DNA of 15,879 nt, from assembly GCA_964468895.1 (NCBI GenBank), contig CAYXWT010000010.1, forward strand, positions 4,251 through 20,129. The letters run 5' to 3'. Below the pieces are notes generated by a model, which had not been told where the DNA came from, did not search any database, and saw nothing but the letters and a program-made list of their open reading frames with translations. A program made the position numbers and the translations under genes. Origin of the DNA: an uncultured archaeon. Its GTDB lineage: Archaea; Iainarchaeota; Iainarchaeia; Iainarchaeales; CSSED10-239. Positions within the stretch are counted from its first letter, which is position 1; each line of letters begins with the position of its first letter. This document shows positions 14,736 through 15,879 of the stretch, piece by piece.

Positions 14736-14992
14736 ATAAGAAAGTATTAATAATATCTTTTGCAATAGTTTTAATTATTGCAATAGTTTGTGTTTTAAGT
14801 TTAAATTTAAACAAAAAAGAAAATGTAGATGTAGACAAAGTACCAACAACATCAAATAGTGATAATAATTTCTCAGCAGATCAAAATATAACTACTGATG
14901 ACGAGTTATTTTCAGATGATGATATTTCAGAAATTATAGATGAAAACGAAGTAATAGACGATGATGTTGATATAGGAGATTTTTTTGAATAG
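14732..14992 (+). CDS. Small single-pass membrane protein with extremely acidic C-terminal tail, 86 aa
   Basis: The start overlaps the upstream stop (ATGA, 14732-14735). TM segment MNKKVLIISFAIVLIIAIVCVLSL. The last 37 residues contain 12 Asp and 5 Glu (DQNITTDDELFSDDDISEIIDENEVIDDDVDIGDFFE). Confidence 0.55.
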   Translation: MNKKVLIISFAIVLIIAIVCVLSLNLNKKENVDVDKVPTTSNSDNNFSADQNITTDDELFSDDDISEIIDENEVIDDDVDIGDFFE

Positions 14993-15019
14993 TTTTTTTT
15001 AAAACTATTTTCTTTTTTT
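14988..15019 (+). terminator. Hairpin plus T-tract (intrinsic-terminator-like) overlapping the stop codon of the acidic-tail gene
   Basis: aatagtttt (14988-14996), tttt loop, aaaactatt (15001-15009) form a perfect 9-bp all-A/T stem. ttcttttttt follows (T7 at 15013-15019). Confidence 0.45.
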
Positions 15020-15130
15020 GTATAGGTTTTTGTTATTCCGCTTAATATAAATTAAGCCGACTAATTAACAAACATTATTTTATAAACACATTACATCTAA
15101 TAATATAATAAATTTTAAATTAGATATATT

Positions 15131-15879
15131 ATGTTCTTTAAAAATAAAAAATCAGTTTCTACAATAATTGCAGCTGTAGTTGTAATCTTAATAGCAGTAA
15201 TTTTATCAACAATTGTTTTAAATTTTGGAAAAAATCTTACCCAAAAAGAAACTCAAAAAGTAACTGAATTTTATAAAGAAGATGCAACCTTAACTGGCTC
15301 AACTTATGTTACTGATAAACATTCTACTTGGTTTAAGTTAAAAAATACTTCTTCAAAATCATTTACTTTTACTAAATACAAAATCATTAGTAATAATGGA
15401 CCTGAATTTTTAAAGTATACATATATAGATTATAATGAACCTATAACTATAGATCCTGGTTATGACGCAATAATTCCATTTGTTTGTTCTCCAGAACGTT
15501 CTTTTAAATTAAGTTTATTAAATTCTGATAATAAAGTAACAACTATTTCTTTGGATAATATTGTAGACTATCAACAAAATCTTTGTGATGATCTTCCAAA
15601 TCCTGTTTGTTTAGGTTTAGTAGATAATGGTAGTGGAGATAGTGTTGATGATCCAATAATTGTTTGTAATGCAGGTGATCTAAATAATGTAAGAAATGGT
15701 TTAGATAAACATTATTTACAAGGAGATAATATTAATTTAGATGTTGAACTATATAATGAAGGAGAAGGTTGGGAACCAATTGGAACTTCAGTAAATCGTT
15801 TTACAGGAAGTATTGATGGTAACGGTTATGTGATAAATAATTTATATATTAATAAACCAGCAATAGATTATATAGGTTT
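15131..15879 (+). CDS. Surface protein with archaellin/Pilin_N-type class III N-terminus and onset of a GLUG-type adhesin region; partial, continues beyond the right window edge
   Basis: Not in the ORF track because it is incomplete. Hand translation from ATG 15131 stays open to the window end (249 codons): MFFKNKKS|VSTIIAAVVVILIAVILSTIVLNFG... The later segment ..IIVCNAGDLNNVRNGLDKHYLQGDNINLDVELYNEGEGWEPIGTSVNRFTGSIDGNGYVINNLYI.. matches the consensus 'L..I...l...Y.L..DIdL....W.PIG....F.G.fDGnGh.I.nL.i' that precedes GLUG repeats in large surface proteins. Confidence 0.65.
   Translation, partial: MFFKNKKSVSTIIAAVVVILIAVILSTIVLNFGKNLTQKETQKVTEFYKEDATLTGSTYVTDKHSTWFKLKNTSSKSFTFTKYKIISNNGPEFLKYTYIDYNEPITIDPGYDAIIPFVCSPERSFKLSLLNSDNKVTTISLDNIVDYQQNLCDDLPNPVCLGLVDNGSGDSVDDPIIVCNAGDLNNVRNGLDKHYLQGDNINLDVELYNEGEGWEPIGTSVNRFTGSIDGNGYVINNLYINKPAIDYIG

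Noticed and set aside
1-15879. A scan for rRNA/tRNA genes, CRISPR arrays, transposases/integrases, terminal inverted repeats, and defence-type genes (nucleases, helicases, toxin-antitoxin pairs).
   Set aside because: There are no G/C-enriched islands of the kind structured RNAs form in AT-rich genomes. There are no regularly spaced direct repeats and no recombinase motifs. The only nuclease-like genes (endonuclease IV-type, DHH phosphoesterase) look like housekeeping genes and are not arranged as a defence operon.

Overview
The window is very AT-rich (about 22-25% G+C by eye) and densely coding. It has short intergenic gaps and several start/stop overlaps. I saw no rRNA, tRNA, CRISPR array, transposase or integrase. 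All family calls come from motif recognition by eye; no searches were run.

The main feature is an archaeal-type type IV pilus (T4P) locus. A minus-strand operon (6795 down to 1) starts with a 725-aa FlaJ/TadC/PilC-like polytopic platform protein. Seven small pilin-like genes and one embedded polytopic membrane ORF of unknown function follow it. Five of the seven carry a canonical class III (prepilin) signal, K-[KR]-[AG]|Q plus a hydrophobic helix. Two have atypical N-termini. One is a 64-aa mini-pilin.

The matching FlaI/TadA/PilB-family secretion ATPase (9181-10590, +) is not next to the platform gene. It is translationally coupled by an ATGA overlap to a CofE-like (F420-0:gamma-glutamyl ligase fold) protein, and a possible degenerate receiver-like/basic coiled-coil protein follows.

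Between the two pilus modules lie a single-cluster 4Fe-4S ferredoxin, an endonuclease IV-type TIM-barrel protein, a zinc-ribbon protein and an unknown 217-aa protein. The right side holds a DHH/DHHA1 phosphoesterase, a secreted coiled-coil protein coupled to a membrane protein with an extremely acidic tail, and a partial surface protein. That last protein has a different class III signal type (archaellin/Pilin_N-like, KKS|VSTIIAAVVVILIAVIL) and the onset of a GLUG-type adhesin region.

No prepilin peptidase is recognisable in the window. The features together suggest a small-genome, possibly DPANN-like, archaeon with a paralog-rich surface filament or adhesion system. That lineage and role are inference.
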